A stretch of DNA of 64,000 nt from Mustelus asterias (lineage: Eukaryota): assembly GCF_964213995.1 (NCBI RefSeq), contig NC_135804.1, positions 59,830,001 to 59,894,000 of the forward strand, written 5' to 3'. The first letter of the stretch is position 1, and each line of letters opens with the position of its first letter. The position numbers and the translations under genes are program-made. The notes beneath the pieces were generated by a model, which was not told the origin of the DNA, made no database searches, and saw only the letters and a list, made by a program, of their open reading frames with translations. Below are positions 37,528-50,059 of the stretch, piece by piece.

Positions 37528-39244
37528 ATATTCCTTAATACCTTCACTGTTTAGAAATCCATTGGTGTCTGTTTTGAGCAGCCTCGGTGACAGAGTCCTC
37601 CGGGGTAGAGCATTCTAAAGATTTGTCACGCTCTGAGTGAAGAAATTACTCCTCATCTTAGTCCTAAAATGCCTATCCTTATTCTGAAGCAGCATATTCT
37701 GCTCCTATCGGCCGGCATCCACCGTCACGGATACTACCCACCCTCACAAGCGAAAATCATCATTAATATTAGTAATTAAGTAAAGAACAGACTGGCATAT
37801 GGGTAGGATCTATATTCTATTTTTACTTATTTCATTTTGCACGCAATATTTTTGAAATTAGACCAAAATAATAAACATGCAGCCAAAGATTCCAGCAATT
37901 TCTACACATTTTCATACAGAAGTGTAATTAGCAACTGATGAGTAGCGAACTTCCGTTGTGGATTTGCATATCAACTGGACATCCCAGAGACATTAAAACG
38001 ATTCGCCTGCGACGCAGAATATCTGGAACAATTACACTAATGTTGAATACACGGAACAAAACTTTTGTAATCTTGCACATCCCGAACAGTTGCCGGAGTG
38101 TGGCGACCAGGGAATTTTCACAGTAACTTAATTGCCGTGTTCATGTAAGCCTACCTGTGACACTAAGAAATAAACTAAAAAAAATTTCTTAATATATAAA
38201 TGCCACTCAATTTAAATATAGTTTGATTCCTTCAGGCAAACTTCACACTTCCTCATGTTGTTTATATACTGCTCTGCTTTAATTGGTCAATGATTCATTA
38301 CTGTTTAAAACTGGGTGGATTGGTACACGGAAATAACTAAGAATGGTATAGTTGATCCTTGCTATGCCTTCCTCAACTCTATTCCACGATTGAGCATCTA
38401 AATTAAAATTCTACCCACTTCATAACAGCTCATGAACCACTTGTGTCGTTTGCTTTGTGGCACGCTCAATATCGTACCTCAGTGGAAAGCACCAGCTTGA
38501 ACCATCTCATGCCAATCTTATTGCGATCCTAAGGTTGACTGACTGTTGAAATATAAAGCACATGTTTCAGTATTTGGTCCAAGCTGTGTTTTGTTAAAAT
38601 ACTGGCACAGTCAACTGATCCGATATGGCATTTACCACTTACACGTTGAAAGTGGTAAATTCGATGGTGAGGAACGTTTCAGGACTTGACGTTGTGTTTC
38701 GTGCTCTGAATGAATGTTCCACAGTTTTCCAATTTGCGAATATATCTGCAAACTAAACAAAAAGAAAGCAGAAGTTAGCGATTAACCTCTATCAAAATGA
38801 CAGGTTACAATATAATTCAGTGGCAGAAATGAATATGTAAAGATAAAGATGGGCGGTCCAGAAATGTATTACTCAAAGCCAACTAGCGTAATGTTCTACT
38901 GCTTTCATTGGACCGATGGTTCTGATATTTTGATTTGAATGTTGCAAAAGCAAGAAGAGAGCTTGCACAATAAGATGTTGCATTTATCCCATTCATCCTA
39001 TTGTGGTGATGCGGCAATGTCTCATAATGTGATTAAATCGGTTGTGCCGCGGAGATATATGTGTTTACAATCCTTTCGCTTTAGAGTTCTGGTCAGGAAG
39101 CCTCGGTTCTCTTCGTGCCATTGTTATTATTAAGTCATCCGGTAAAACTCGCTGCCAAACAGCCTTATACCATAAACCGTGTACTGGTTATGAAGAAATA
39201 AGCCGTAAATCCAATGGTATCAGTCGCAAATAACAATAAGCGAA

Positions 39245-40318
39245 TTGGCAGTTGTATGTTTTTCCGGTTGGAGGAAGGTAACTAGTGGCGTGCCGCAGGG
39301 ATCGGTACTCGGGCCGCAACTGTTTACCATTTATATAGATGATCTGGAGGAGGGGACGGAGTGTAGGGTAACGAAGTTTGCAGACGACGCAAAGATAAGT
39401 GGAAAAGTGAATCGTGTGGAGGACGGAGAAGATCTGCAGAGAGATTTGGACAGGCTGAGTGAGTGGGCGAGGATATGGCAAATGGAGTATAACGTTGAGA
39501 AATGCGAGGTTATACACTTTGGAGGAAATAATAACAAATGGGATTACTATCTCAATGGAAACAAATTAAAACATGCTACCGTGCAAAGGGACCTGGGGGT
39601 CCTTGTGCATGAGACGCAAAAGCCCAGTCTGCAGGTACAACAGGTGATCAAGAAGGCAAATGGGATGTTGGCCTATATTGCGAAGGGGATAGAATATAAA
39701 AGCAGGGATGTCTTGATGCACCTGTACAGGGCATTGGTGAGGCCGCAGCTGGAATACTGTGTGCAGTATTGGTCCCCTTATATGAGGAAGGATATATTGG
39801 CATTGGAGGGAGTGCAGAGAAGGTTCACCAGGTTGATACCGGAGATGAGGGGTTTGGATTATGAGGAGAGGCTGAGAAGATTGGGTTTGTACTCGTTGGA
39901 GTTTAGAAGGATGAGGGGGGATCTTATGGAGACTTATAAGATAATGCGGGGGCTGGATAGGGTGGAGGCGGAGAGATTCTTTCCACTTAGTAAGGAAGTT
40001 AAAACTAGAGGACACAGCCTCAAAATAAAGGGGGGTCGGTTTAAGACAGAGTTGAGGAGGAACTTCTTCTCCCAGAGGGTGGTGAATCTCTGGAATTCTC
40101 TGCCTGCTGAGGTGGTGGAGGCTACCTCGCTGAATATGTTTAAAGCGCGGATGGATGGATTCCTGATCGGTAAGGGAATTAAGGGTTATGGGGATCAGGC
40201 GGGTAAGTGGTACTGATCCACGTCAGATCAGCCATGATCTTATTGAATGGCGGGGCAGGCTCGAGGGGCTAGATGGCCTACTCCTGCTCCTATTTCTTAT
40301 GTTCTTATGTTCTTATGT
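39245..40318 (+). mobile_element. Young 5'-truncated CR1 LINE
   Basis: Uninterrupted 323-aa RT C-terminal ORF (SGVPQGSVLGP, FADD, LEYCVQYWSP), 3' UTR, and a TTCTTATG-type repeat tail. Confidence 0.95.
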
Positions 40319-41149
40319 CCTGGTGCGAGAATGGACTTTCGCAAGAGAAACGTACTCGCGGTCTTGACATTGAAGTTGTGCCACTAACAGAACACTAACC
40401 TGTTGTTGTCTGAACGAAGAATTGCAAAGACTTTGGTGTTGTAATGCTTGTGCGACTGGCTTCAATCCAACGAATGTTGCTGGAGATCTGAGGTGGAGAA
40501 TTTGAAATCAGATTTAAAAATACAACCAGCAACATGATTTGGAAAAGTATGTTTCAGGCAAACTGTTGGTTTTTTTTATTGTTTGGATACGGGTGTCGCT
40601 GGCTAAGTCTTTGCTAATTACTCGTGAACTGCGTGGCATGCTAGGTCATTTCTGAGGGCTGTTTAGAGTCAACAATATTGTTGTGGACTTCAGGTCACAT
40701 GTACGCGAAACCGGGTAAAGGCGACAGATTTCCTTCCCTAAATTCCATTAGTGAACCAGAAGAGTTTTACAACAACCAACAATGAATGGTTTCATGGCTG
40801 GCATTAGAACATTAATTCCAGATTTTCTTTAATCATTTAATTCAAATTGACTTCATCGGCTGCGCTCCAATTCGAACCCTGGTCCTCCGCACATTATCCT
40901 GGGTCTCTGGAACACTAGTGGCAATACCACAGCCCGAATGTGCTATTCCTGCTTCCCCTATAGTCGAAGCGTTTTGCTAATCATCTTTCCGTTCGAGAAA
41001 CATACATGGCCTCTGAACTATATATGACTCCAGTCCTAAACTATTATTGTGGACTCTAATCTGTCCCCTGAAAAGGGGAAGTAACGCAGTGAGTTGTCAC
41101 GAAACTTCAAGGAGAACAGCACGTACCTCAAGACAAAATACTCTAACAT

Positions 41150-43140
41150 TGTAAGAATTCCACCAAATTAGTCAGACATCACCTGCCCTTTATGAACCCA
41201 TGCTGCGTCTTCCCAATGGGACAATTTACTTCCAGATGTCTCGCTATTTCTTCCTTGATGATAGATTCAAGCATTTTCCGTACTACTGAAGTTAAGCTAA
41301 GTTAACCAGCCTATAGTTAGGGAATTCCACAGATTCACAACCCTTTGTGTGAAGAAGTTCCTCCTCAATCCTAAATCTGCTTCCCCTTATTTTGAGGCTA
41401 TGCCCCCTAGTTCTAGTTTCACCCGCCAGTGGAAACAACTTCCCTGCTTCTATCTTATCTATTCCCTTCATAATCTTACATGTTTCTATAAGATGTCCCC
41501 TCATTCTTCTGAATTCCAATGAGTATAGCCCCAGTCGAGTCAGTCTTTCCTCGTAAGCCAACCCTCTCAACTCCGGAATCAACGTGGTGAATCTCCTCTG
41601 CACCCCCTCCAGTGCCAGTATATCCTTTCTCAAGTAAGGAGACCAAAACTGTACACAGCACTCCAGGTGTGGCCTCACCAGCACCTTATACAGCTGCAAC
41701 ATAATCTCGCTGTTTTTAAACTCCATCCCTCGAACAATGAAGGACAAAATTCCATTTGCCTTCTTAATTGCCTGCTACACCTGCAAACCAACTCCTTGAG
41801 ATTCCTGCACAAGGACACCCAAGTCCCTCTGCACAGCAGCATGTTGCAATTTTTTACCATTTAACTCATAATCCATTTTGCTGTTATTCCTATCAAAATG
41901 GATGACCTCACATTTACCAACATTGTACTCCATCTGCCAGTCCCTCGCCCACTCACTTAGATTATCTATATCCCTTTGCAGACTTTCAGCGTCCTCTGCA
42001 CACTTTGTTCTTCCACCCATCTTAGTGTCATCTGCGAATTTTGACACACTACACCTGGTCCCCAAGTCCAAATCATCTATGTAAATCGTAAACAATTGCG
42101 GTCCCAACACTGATCCCTGAGGCACACCACTAGTCACTGATCGCCAACCAGAAAAACACCCATTTACCCCCACCCTTTGCTTTCTGTTAGTTAACCAATC
42201 CTCTATCCATGCTAATACATTACCCGTAACACTGTGCACCTTCATCTCATGTAACAGTCTTTGGTGCGGCACCTTGTCAAATGCCTTCTGGAAATCCAGA
42301 TACACCACATCCACAGGTTCCTTATTGTCCACTGCACATGTAATGTTCTCAAAGAATTCCACCAAATTTAGTCAAACATCACCTGCCCTTTATGAACCCA
42401 TGCTGCGTCTTCCCAATGGGACAATTTACTTCCAGATGTCTCGCTATTTCTTCCTTGATGATAGATTCAAACATTTTCCCTACTACAGAAGTTAAGTTAA
42501 CCGGCCTATAGTTACCTGCCTTTTGTCTACCTCCTTTTTTAAACAGTGGCGTCACATTTGCAGTTTTCCAATCTGCGGGAACCACTCCAGAGTCAGCGAA
42601 TTTTGGTAAATTACTACTCGTGCATTTGCTATTTCTCCCGCCATTTCTTTTAGTGCCTGGGATGCATTCCATCAGGACCAGGAGACATGTCTACCTTTAG
42701 CCCCATTAACTTGTCCAACACTACCTCTTTCATGATAATGATAGTTTCTAGGTTCTCACTTGCCAGAGCCTTCCTGTCATCAATGTTTGGCATGTTATTT
42801 GCATCTTCCACTGTGAAGACTGACACAAAATACCTGTTCAATGCCTCAGCCATTTTCTCATTTCCAGTTATTACATCCCCCTTCTCGTCCTCTAAAGGAC
42901 CAATGTTTACTTTAGCCACTCTTTTTCGTTTCATATATTTGTAGAAACTTTTGCTATCTGTTTTTATATTCTGAGCTAGTTTACTCACATAATCCATCTT
43001 ACCTTTCTTTATAGCTTTTTTCGTGGCTTTCTGCTGATCTTTAAAGATTTCCCAATCCTCTAGGTTCCCACTCATCTTTGCCACTTTGTATGCATTTCTT
43101 TCAATTTGATACCCTACTTTATTTCCTTAGATATCCATGG
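41150..43140 (-). mobile_element. CR1 LINE ORF2 fragment with an internal duplication
   Basis: RT motifs YLDFQKAFDKVPH, GVPQGSVLGP, KFADD, with frameshifts. Confidence 0.92.
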
Positions 43141-44078
43141 AGAACAGAGGTTTAAAGGAACAGCATAAGATTAGAGATATCTGACGTTTGGAGTGGAAAT
43201 GCGCTACAGCTTAACCCTGTCCTCCGATTAATAAAGGTTAGTCCAGCTCAAATGTTGCGAGAAGCACGACTCATAATATCATGCTAGCTTTTTGATTCAG
43301 ATCTACTAAATCGACACAAAGCAGGAACCTACCACAGGCTGAATGTCTGGTCCTTACTTCGTTAAAGTATCATTTCTCTTTGCAATCATCTGAATGTGTC
43401 GTTTTGTTTCGCTTCTGCTCGCAGCTCCATGCGCAGCTGTCACTAAACATTTTCGTGAACATTCTTCGCTGCTGGACTGAAGCACGTGGATTTGGGCCAA
43501 AATTTCAGCTCTGGTTGAATGAAACTAAAATTTGCCTCAGCAATTCTGGTCTAGAGAAAGACAGATGAGCAGGATGATTAATCCGAATTGCTATTCCTGA
43601 GATTTTTGCGAGAATTCTGGATGCGCGGAGGCTGGTGGAGATCTGGATCGCACTTCGCTCAGAGCGCCCAAGGCGATTTATTTGCTCACTTACACTGCCT
43701 ACCTCTTGCACGAAGACAAACCCCTTAGATGAGATGCTGCAGAATTGCCCACTCCTGCGGTCTGAATCGACATTTTGAGGAATGGGAAAATGATCAATGG
43801 TAGATGTAGACGAAGAAGATTATTAGAACATAGTGATACAGGAGCGGGTGAAAAAGCATTGCTTTTCGCACGGAAACTTTGAACGCTTAGGAGGAGACTT
43901 CCGACTTCCCGGACTCTCACCATTACCGACCACAATGCACAACTTTAGCCACGTGATATCTCGTGTCATGGTCACACATTCCGTTTCTTTGTACATGAAA
44001 TCAATTTCTTTGCCAAATCATTCAAGGCATCGTTGTTATTTGCTGCGAGTGGCAAACTTTTATTCTTCATTTTACAGT

Positions 44079-44133
44079 ATGTCGCTGAGAACTGCAGTTC
44101 AGTGTATGGTTCTTCTGTGGATGGTCTGGACAG
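44079..44133 (+). CDS. V-C1 IgSF receptor gene 2, leader exon (MSLRTAVQCMVLLWMVWT)
   Basis: Hydrophobic signal peptide with a phase-1 ACAG|GTACTG donor. A tttacag acceptor lies just before the ATG, suggesting an upstream non-coding exon. Confidence 0.75.
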
Positions 44134-44332
44134 GTACTGTTGCTTGTTATATGTTGCCATTCAGAATATCTTAATTTCTGTTTAAGAATATTCGCAAAGT
44201 TTCTACGTTACAAATTAGATGCGTTACAGCTCCAATTCGATCGTTGGTGCTTCTCAACTGTTCTTGTACTTTACTTATCTTAGTTTTTGTTTTCTTTGAC
44301 GCATACAGTTCATCGCCGTTCTTTTTTTATAG

Positions 44333-44638
44333 GTGCGAAAGTAACATGGAGCCAAGTGGATCAGTTCCCTAAACATTTGACGGTTGCCAGGGCTGACAAT
44401 GTTTCCATGTTCTGCACATTTCCCATATTTGAAGGCGCTCCTGAAGTTTCTTGGTGGAAACGGGGCGAAGAATCTGTTCTGGAACCAGACAGCAGAAAGA
44501 AAATGTATCTAAAGAAGGGCAGTAGTTCATTTGAAGTTCTGAATGCGAGTGTTGCAGACTCCGGAATGTATCACTGTTCAGTAAAACATCAACAGAATAA
44601 GATTGGGGATGGAAGTGGCTCCCAGCTCACCGTGTGTG
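44333..44638 (+). CDS. Gene 2 Ig V-set exon with J-like C-terminus
   Basis: tttttatag acceptor and G|GTAAGT donor, 306 nt. Motifs: VDQFP, MFC, WWKRG, DSGMYHC, GDGSGSQLTV. Confidence 0.92.
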
Positions 44639-46785
44639 GTAAGTATCATTGGACCGGGGAAAGGGCGCTTTTCAGCTGTGTGTGATTTATGTAATTTGAA
44701 CTTCTATCACGAGATGAAAATCTGGATTCGTTTTTCGCTGCTGGAATTTCATTTCTGTTGACCTGCAGGTTCAACGGCCGTCGATTGCCTGTCTCCTGAT
44801 TCGCACCACTGCCCAAGATCAATTTCACCCACTCCCTGTCTATCCTCGTGACATTTCAAAGTGTTTTTCATCCAACGAGTGCAGTTGGTTCAGTTATAAC
44901 TGTTACTGAAAATGATACTGACATAAAAAGATCGCATCAACTCTGAGATTGAGATTAATCAATTGGATGAGTTGCTCGATTTTCTTGTCATCGAAACATC
45001 AGTGCCTAAGTGCAAAAATGGAACAATTTTAACAGGGCCTCTGTCGAATCTTTTGTAAACTATTAATTCATGTCAATAGGTCCCACAATTTACCTTTGTT
45101 AAAAGCTCAACAGTGTTAATCTCTTCTCATTGCTTTCAATATTTCACACACCAGCTAACTTTTGAACTCACTGCTTTATATTGCCAAACTATTACTTTTT
45201 CAGCTGAATTGTCCAAATTTTGATTTGAGAAAGATTCTTATACATGCGTGATGAAGAGGATGGAGTTAAGTCTGACACATCGAGTTGAGGTCTATCCACC
45301 ATAATGTAACTGAATATCAAAGTAACCTAGAGAGATGGAAAGGCCTACTCCTGTTCCTATCTTGGTACTCAATGCTGCACGCTTGTGTCAGTTGATAACC
45401 ATGTTTGAGATGCCAAACCTTCACTGAATATTGCTGCAATGCATATCAGAGGGCACGCGGTGATCTTAACCTCAGTGTTGCTTGTCAACCAAAGCCCTGG
45501 GATATATAGGACAGTGAATAGATCAATTGCCTGTTTTGAGACCCTTTGGCGTCAGCCAGTTGGATTTCTCAAAATCAATAATTCCAGACAGACTATCACC
45601 GAACGTTCCTGTGTATTCCTGGTGTTCAATACGTTTAAATCAGGATTTCTATTTAAATTCCCCAAACCTGACACGGAAGTTGCAACAAGACAGCAGAGAA
45701 CATTATCCTCATTCGCTTGCACGGATAATCTATAGCATTACCTATTACAGCTAAAAAAGAATCTATGGTTTTAAAAAATGCAGGCATTCTGAATCACTTG
45801 GAGTAAAGGTTAACATTATCTTGAAGTTAAAAATTTCCCGTTTAACATTAGGATAAATAACGAAACATTTTCATAATAAAGCCAGATAAGTTGTGACAGT
45901 CGATCTAGCTGACACAATTAGTACGAACTTTATATTCATTTATGGGTTTTATTTATTTACTTGCTGGGCCAGCATTTACTGCCCATCCCCACTCCAGAGG
46001 GAATTTGAGATCAATCATAGGCCAGGTAAGAATGGCAGATTTCCTTCCCGAAAGGAAAGCATGGAACCAGATGGGTCGTTACGCCAATCGACATTGGTTT
46101 CATTGTATTTCCAGATTTTTATTGAATTCAAATTTCACCATCCAACTGTGGGCTTTGAAACCAGGTCCCCAGATCTGGCTCTGGGTCTCTCCAGTGACAA
46201 CAGCACTACGCCACTGCTGTTCCGTAAACAACTGTAATGCAGATTTTAATCCATACATTTATAATCAACATTTATAATGCCTTCATTGACATGAGAGATA
46301 TTTCGGCGATTCACGGTCTTCATAGTCAGAGGATAATGTGCGTGGTAATAAATGAAATATTCGAACATCAACTAATTTTGAAGTAGGCACGCAAAACAAT
46401 ATACGGCAAGTACATTATGCGAAAAACGAAAGAGGACTCCACTGCTCCGTTCTGACTGCGTGGCACAGTCATCTGCATACACATAGAGATGAATTGCATT
46501 CGGGCTAACCCCAACAATTTGCCAGGACCTGATGTTTCCTTTCAATGTCGCGTACCTCCATGTATGCCAAAAATACCGCGAGACTCAGTCCCGCTGTTTA
46601 GGATACATCCGCATACTTTGCAGTGCGCCGTTAAATTATTTCTAACGTGAATACAAACACGATGATTAAGAAATCACAGAACGAATAACTATTTCCACTG
46701 TTAAGAGTGTAACATAATTGTTGCGGCATACAAACGCCAATGTGTTCCTTTACATTTAAAATTACCTTCTATTTCCCTGTTAAAG

Positions 46786-47082
46786 TTCCCCCAACCCCCC
46801 TGAAACTCGTTCAGGTTGAAGGGATTTCAGCGACTTCTCTGAGATTCGAGTGTAAAACGGCTGCCTTTTACCCGGAGGATTTACAAATCTCCTGGCGCAG
46901 AGATGGTGTGGAAATTCTGGCTGGAATAGAAACTGTGAGAAACAAGACAGTGGATGGTCTTTTTGAAGTCTCCAGTTCTTTGGAAGAGGCACAGCCTGCC
47001 CCGAGCCGAATAGTTTATACATGCCTGGCATCTCATATCTCCCTTAAGGTGCCCGCCAGTGTCAGCTATATCGCCATTCAAG
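46786..47082 (+). CDS. Gene 2 Ig C1-set exon
   Basis: taaag acceptor and G|GTAAGA donor, 297 nt. Motifs: FECKTAAFYPEDLQISW, GLFEVSSSL, YTCLASHISL. Clearly paralogous to the gene 1 C1 exon. Confidence 0.92.
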
Positions 47083-48377
47083 GTAAGATTGGACACATTT
47101 GCAGCAGCGAGCTATATCGCTATAGTCCGACCTATAGTTATTTATGAAACATTTAGCAGGGCAGCTGTTCAAACACGAAGTTGCAGGGTGAGTGTGGACA
47201 TTCTTTAATCTTAATTTCACATCAATGGAAATGAATTAAAATACCTAAGGTGGCTTGTAACTGCAGGAGAGGGAATATTTCCCTGAAAAGATCTGAAACG
47301 GGAGGGCGATGTGCGAACTACTCAAAACTGAAAGCTTATTTGTTATCAAACTCTTGCCAAATGTAATGAACGTACACATGAAATGGATCCGTTTTAGCAG
47401 TATCACTTTAATTGGTCAATTCCTGTGTGGAACTTTAGCCAAGGATATCGTTCAAGGACATTTCCTCCATGATCCAGATCCTTTTGACCATTATTAAACT
47501 GTTTCTCTTTGATCCAAACACTAAACTTCGGGGGAAGAAATTGTTCCGCCTGGATTTACATCATTCATTGAATTCCTTCTTTCCTTATTTTTTCTCTCAA
47601 ACTGCTAAGGCATAAAAAATGCTTCCAAAACTCCTCTGGTTGCAATTTCGGTTGTGGACCCTTTACTCCAATAAACAATACCCTATTACATTTATTAGCA
47701 CTGTGGCTGTAAACTTTAAAAATGAGGAAACTACAGTGTAAGTACAGAGCATGTGGCGCTTGATCTGTGTTCTGGTGAGAGTGCATCTGCCATGAGGGAA
47801 ACGACCCAAGCGACCAAACTGAATGTCAGAATCCAAAAGCATAACTTTCGTCCTGATGAAGTTAACCGCGCGGGAAGATCATAACCTGATCATCAGCGAG
47901 CTAAATTTTGATCGCTGAGGGCGGTGTTGTGTGACCGAGTTGTACTGTCCCACGTTATTATTATAGGGTCCAGAGGGACATTTCTGTTTTTTCCTGCACA
48001 GCCAAAAATAATTTTTAAGTCATTTGTTTGGGATTTCTTTACCTATTTTGCTGATACAAAGAACAAGCACACATATTATATCCTAAAATGGACATCAGCG
48101 TCCTATTTGAAGAGAAGCCAATTGCCGACAAAATGGCACTAGCACCAAGCAACAGGCTGTCTTGGAAGATGGAGTGCATCTTGTTAAAATGTTCACATGG
48201 TGCTCAATTTGAGGGTATTTTCCGTTCGGTCGACTTTGGAAATTTAATATCGGTCACGAAGTTTAGAGTAGCAATTGTATGGATCTCTTTCATGTCTCGG
48301 AGCCAGTACTATTTGGTTTCATTCAATAATTCATATGTACAGAAAATTTATGTGTCTATTTTAATCCTGTACTGTAG

Positions 48378-48481
48378 ATAACAGTTTCCGGAACGTGATG
48401 ATTTTACGGCTTGTTCTGGGTTTTTTGATAATTCTTGGATTGCTGGGCATAATTGTGGACCATGTAGCATCTTTCAATTGA
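48378..48481 (+). CDS. Gene 2 TM/terminal coding exon (DNSFRNVMILRLVLGFLIILGLLGIIVDHVASFN*)
   Basis: ctgtag acceptor, phase 1. Hydrophobic helix with an N-proximal Arg. TGA stop lies 2 nt before an AG|GTAAGG donor. The spliced CDS totals 762 nt (253 aa). Confidence 0.85.
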
Positions 48482-50059
48482 AGGTAAGGGGACGCCGTTT
48501 TAATTCAGCAAAGCACGTTCAAAGTATATACACAGTTAACACTGGTGGGCTGGAAATAGGAAATGTGCTTTTGTCCGTCGTTTCTCCGGTAATTTAAGGC
48601 TCACGGGTAGTGATTTTAAATGTTGCTATTAAGTAACTCACAATATAGAAGGCCACCACTTTTACCACGACAATGCTCACATTTACTGCTGCTGAAAAGT
48701 CACAGAGATGAAACGTTAAATCTGTTTCCCTTCCAAGCCGTGCCGCCTGATCTGCCGAGTTTTTGCCACGTTTTCTGCTTTTGTTTTATATTATATTAAT
48801 TTTCGTATTAAATTCAGTTTAGGGCATGATATGCCAAGTAATAAACACCGAACGTCAGTTTTGAGCTTTGGTTTAGTTTTTTCTCCTTTCGTGAAAATGA
48901 TTTTGGTTTCAACTTCTCACTTGAGATACTTGAGCACAAACTTCCGGCTAGCATTGCAGCGCAGCAGTGCTGGCGGTTTGGTCTTTTTTCAACGACTAAA
49001 AACGAGATCCTCTGCTCTATATGGTGGCCGTAAAAGCCCAATTGGTCATTTCGTAACTGAGCATCGTGGAGCTGGCTAGTGTCCTGATCAGAAATTAGTT
49101 TCCCATCTACTTCGCTGAAACCGATTCATTTTTCATTTATTTCAGTAATCTATGTGGTTAGGAACGTCCCGTGTTGTCTTTTTAAGTACACGTTCCAATT
49201 CCAGGTGCTGTGAAAGACGGCATATCAATATTGATCCGTTCTTCTGTTTTGCAAGATTTTTATGTATGGTTAGAAAATTTATAATACAAACGCCACTTTC
49301 TGAGCACTGTTTTCTGTTTTGCGTTAAACTCTGCTAAAATTATGCGGTTAGGAATCTGGCAGAGGTACTTAATTTCGGAAATATGCTTCTCATGATGAAA
49401 TTTTCAGCACGTTTACATGTATCATTTTATCTATTTTGCTTCCCTACTCAAGGCACTGTGTCTCGCTGCGATGCCCACAACCTTCTCGCACCACCAAATC
49501 GTTTCGTATTACTGTTAAGGCGTGAGCATCACGTTGTTGAACTCAGAGTCGTCATTTTTAGATTAGCAATTTAAATGGGGGCCCTGGGATAAGCATCTGG
49601 AGCAGAATGTAATGCTAATTTCCCCCAGCTATCCCTGAAAACACAGACAGCTTCATCTTTTCAGCTGTTGCAGAACAGTGCATATAGTATACGACATAGA
49701 GGACATCTAACCTGCCATCTTATGATGAGTATGTCTCGGTGCGACAGCGAAGGGTTGCATACGTATTCATTCAGTGCTAAATGGAATTTGTTTTAACATG
49801 TGCAAGAGATCACGGGACACCAAGAGACAGCTTGAAAATTTCAATTCATGTCATAACAAGAACCTTTTTTTAAAACTTAAATGTCATTCTACATTGAATG
49901 AGTGGAAATCCGTCAATTCCGGATAGATAATGAGGGGTTAACGTTTACCTTTTATAGAAAAGGGATGTAACACATGATTACTCACCCGCCCAATAATCGT
50001 AGTTTTCACCAAATCAAACTGAAAACGCAAATTCAACTTTAGCAAGCTGATATTTTGTA

